Assembly (NCBI GenBank): GCA_965178125.1
Contig: OZ237735.1
Location: 2,356,001 to 2,420,000, forward strand
DNA length: 64,000 nt
Reading direction: 5' to 3'
DNA from: Bilabrum cf. latius
Taxonomy: Eukaryota
A program made the translations under genes and the position numbers. Shown here in pieces: positions 61,310 to 64,000 of this stretch (positions are counted from its first letter, which is position 1; each line of letters opens with the position of its first letter). The notes under the pieces are model-generated. The model ran no database searches, was not told where the DNA came from, and was given only the letters and a program-made list of their open reading frames with translations.

Positions 61310-64000
61310 TCAATCACCGGCTGCCTTGCAGGCCTTCTCTAGCCGGTGAAACCCATGCATCTCTGCCAGCTCCAGCAAGAAGCCCGCGTTCTCGTCATCC
61401 ACTGCCTCGACCACAGCCTCCTCCACGTCGTCGCACAGCCTGGCCAGCATGAGCTGCTTCGCCACGACGAGGGTCTCAAGGGCAGTGTCTCCCGAGTCGC
61501 CGATGGCCGCATCCGAGTCTCCATCGTAGATCCACCGCACCACCCTGCGTACTGCCTCCTGGGACACCTCAGGCAGCGACACGCTGCGCACTTCTCCCGC
61601 GGCACTGGGTGCTGCCATTCCCCCCACCAGGGCCGCCTTGAAGAAATCGAACCGGGAAAGTATGCCCGTGTGGCATCCAATGCCATCTCGCGCTCCAGCC
61701 ATCAAGGTCTTCCCAACCTCACCGGCACTATCACCACCGGCCGCTGCAGCACTATCTCCTGCACCTGGCGAGTCTTCGGGCAAAGAGTCTCCGCTGCCCT
61801 TGACAAGAGCCAGTGCACTGGCGGCCTGCCCTGGGAGCAGAGCACCAGCTCCAATGTCCTCATCATCCTCGCCTTCACCCACGTGTGATCCTCCAGTCGT
61901 CCTCCCCGAAGCAGCCGCAACAGCTCGCTCCGCGCGGCAGAGCAGGTTGCGCATATCTGCGCGGAACCTGGAAGCAGAGTGGCCATCTGCGTCATCGTTG
62001 CCAATCGCAGCTTCGGAACTACTGGCCGCCTTGGTGCCAACAGGCTCGCTGATCTTGCCCGCACAGATCGCGTGCAGTCTCGACAGGCCCAGCCTCTGAG
62101 CCAGTGCGCCCAGCTCCCCTCTTGTATTCCCACGCACTCGCACGGTGTCCATGTACAGGTACGTGACGAGCGCACCGAGAGTTCGATCATTTGCACCGGG
62201 CAGCACAATCTCCAACTCGACTTGGGAACCCTCTGGGGCGCCACCAGCTCTAGACGCAGCAGCTGGCGCGGTACCATCAGCGGCTGCTGCATCCGACAGC
62301 CTGGCACACACGACACAAGGTGGCAACTGCGTCTACCCTTTTCCTGCTGCCATCTCCCTGTGCTTCATTCCGCCCCTCCGAGTTCGCCTCGTTGGCTTTG
62401 GCTTCTTCTACGTTGATACCGTTGCGTCCGCATCAGCGGCAGCCGGTGCCGATGCCAGCTTCGCCGCGGCGGCTCTCTGCTTCTTCTTCATTCGCTTCTG
62501 TCGCATTTTCTTGGCGGCTTCGCGCAACTCGCTGGCGGCATCGAGCGACAGCCCGCCCACTGCTGCTGCAGGCTTGCTGCCAGGCCCATTGCCACCAGCA
62601 CCCGCAGCGTCTTCGCCGCTGTCGCTGCTCGCCGCTGCATCGCCGGATGCCTGGCCTGGTTTCCACCTCAATCCGCCCCTTGCATGCAGAAAGGTACGTG
62701 CAGCTGCCTGTGCCAGCTCCTCATCCACCTCTGGCACCCGCACAGACACACGGGCTTTGCCATCTGGTGACAGTACCGCAGCTCTCGCAGCTCGTGACGC
62801 TGCGTCGGCCAGCAACGGGCAGCGTGCCAGCAGAATCTCGCCGTGCACAAGCAGAGGACCGCCCGATGGGACGCACGCCTGCGCTTTGAGCCCTTCGGCG
62901 GAGTCTTCCACCGAATCTGCGGAGGCCCTCGATGCGTTGGGTAGCACGAGCCACCCAACCGGCTCGGCAGGCGCGAGGCCGCGTGCCAGCTGCGCGTCGA
63001 TGCCGCCGCTCTGGTACGATGTGCCGGTGGCACCCGGTTTGCTGGATGATTCACTGCCGTGCTGACCGCCTACATCCGTTACGTGACCACGAGCGGCCTC
63101 CATGGCAGAGCGGCGGTCCCCTCCTGCTCGCGAGGCCGTCGCCTCCGCTCGAGCCCTGGCAGCGTGCGCTGCCGACTTGCTCCTTGACGACCCTAGCCTC
63201 GATTCTAACCGCTGAGCTGCGCGCTAGAATTTTCCGCGGCTGACCCACGTGTATGAGTCCGGGTCTCTGTTGCTCCGCCTGCCGACGATGGAGTCGGCGT
63301 GTCCGGATATCATGTCCTGAAGCTCCTGGCGCATGCGACGCTCGCGCTGTTCCGCAGACCTCCTGGCTCGCTCCAGGGCGCCCGATCTTGCTCCACCATC
63401 GTGCGTGGCTGTGGTATCTGCTGCATGTCGCTGTGCAGCAGCCAGTGCATCGCTAAGCATCTCGGGAGACAGAGCGATTGCCACCGAGGACGAAAGCCCT
63501 CCACCCTCTTCACCGTGGGCCACGCCGGACCCAGACCCGCTGGCGGCCCCATGCCCGTCGCTTGACAGCGCACCAATCGTCAGCTGCTCCAGCAATTTTT
63601 TGGTAATCTTCACCTAACCAGCCCTCTTGGCAGGCCACAGGGACACTCCGGCCATGGACAGGAGCTCGGGGTCTCGCAGGAGAGGTGCCATCGACAGGCC
63701 GTGCCTGTCTCCAAGCGAGGGGCACGCGCACAGCATGTGCGAATCGCCGGCTCCGAACGCAACAACCCGGTGGAACGGCAGCGGCGCAGCCACCGGGGAG
63801 AAAGCGATCTGCGCAGACACCGTGCCCCTGCCCAGCACTCCCCAGCCCTGCCAGCCGAAGGTAACTAGCCTACCTTCGCGCGTGAGTGCCGCGCCCATCA
63901 GACCGCCCGCTTTCACTGCCGCAACTAGGCGATCCTGGCCTGCCATGGAGCCTCGCAGGGGCAAAGAGGCGCCTCCCGTCGCGTGCCAGTCCCCGCGCGG
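61310..64000 (-). CDS. RCC1-repeat and BTB/POZ domain protein, 5'-truncated by the window edge
   Basis: One frame through TAGs at 63614, 63224, 62408 and ~62333. RCC1-like TREGRLVTFGWQGWGVLGRG and GAGDSHM; BTB-like HGEILLARCP, LVTYLYMD, HTGILSRFDFF and VVRWIYDG. TGA stop. Confidence 0.75.

Overview
GC-rich, gene-dense eukaryotic (protist-like) nuclear DNA with short GT-AG introns. The supplied ORF track is fragmented because this genome reads TAG as glutamine: TAG occupies conserved Gln positions in several proteins, while TAA and TGA still end genes. Re-read with TAG=Gln, the window holds a ~6.6 kb segmental duplication (WH2/proline-rich protein plus methionine synthase reductase), a COPI-associated/EF-hand membrane protein, SMU1, a GBP/atlastin-like GTPase, a giant cadherin/IPT multi-pass receptor, a TKL-type kinase, a divergent eIF4A-like helicase, farnesyltransferase beta and an RCC1-BTB protein. 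It also holds four paralogous C2H2 zinc-finger genes built from an 87-bp minisatellite that varies mainly at DNA-contacting positions -1, +3 and +6. Each has an N-terminal SUMO-interacting-like motif and is coupled to a 0.5-0.6 kb repeat whose 27-bp terminal motif marks recurrent inversion/breakpoint junctions. Protein identifications are from recognised motifs only; no database search was run.
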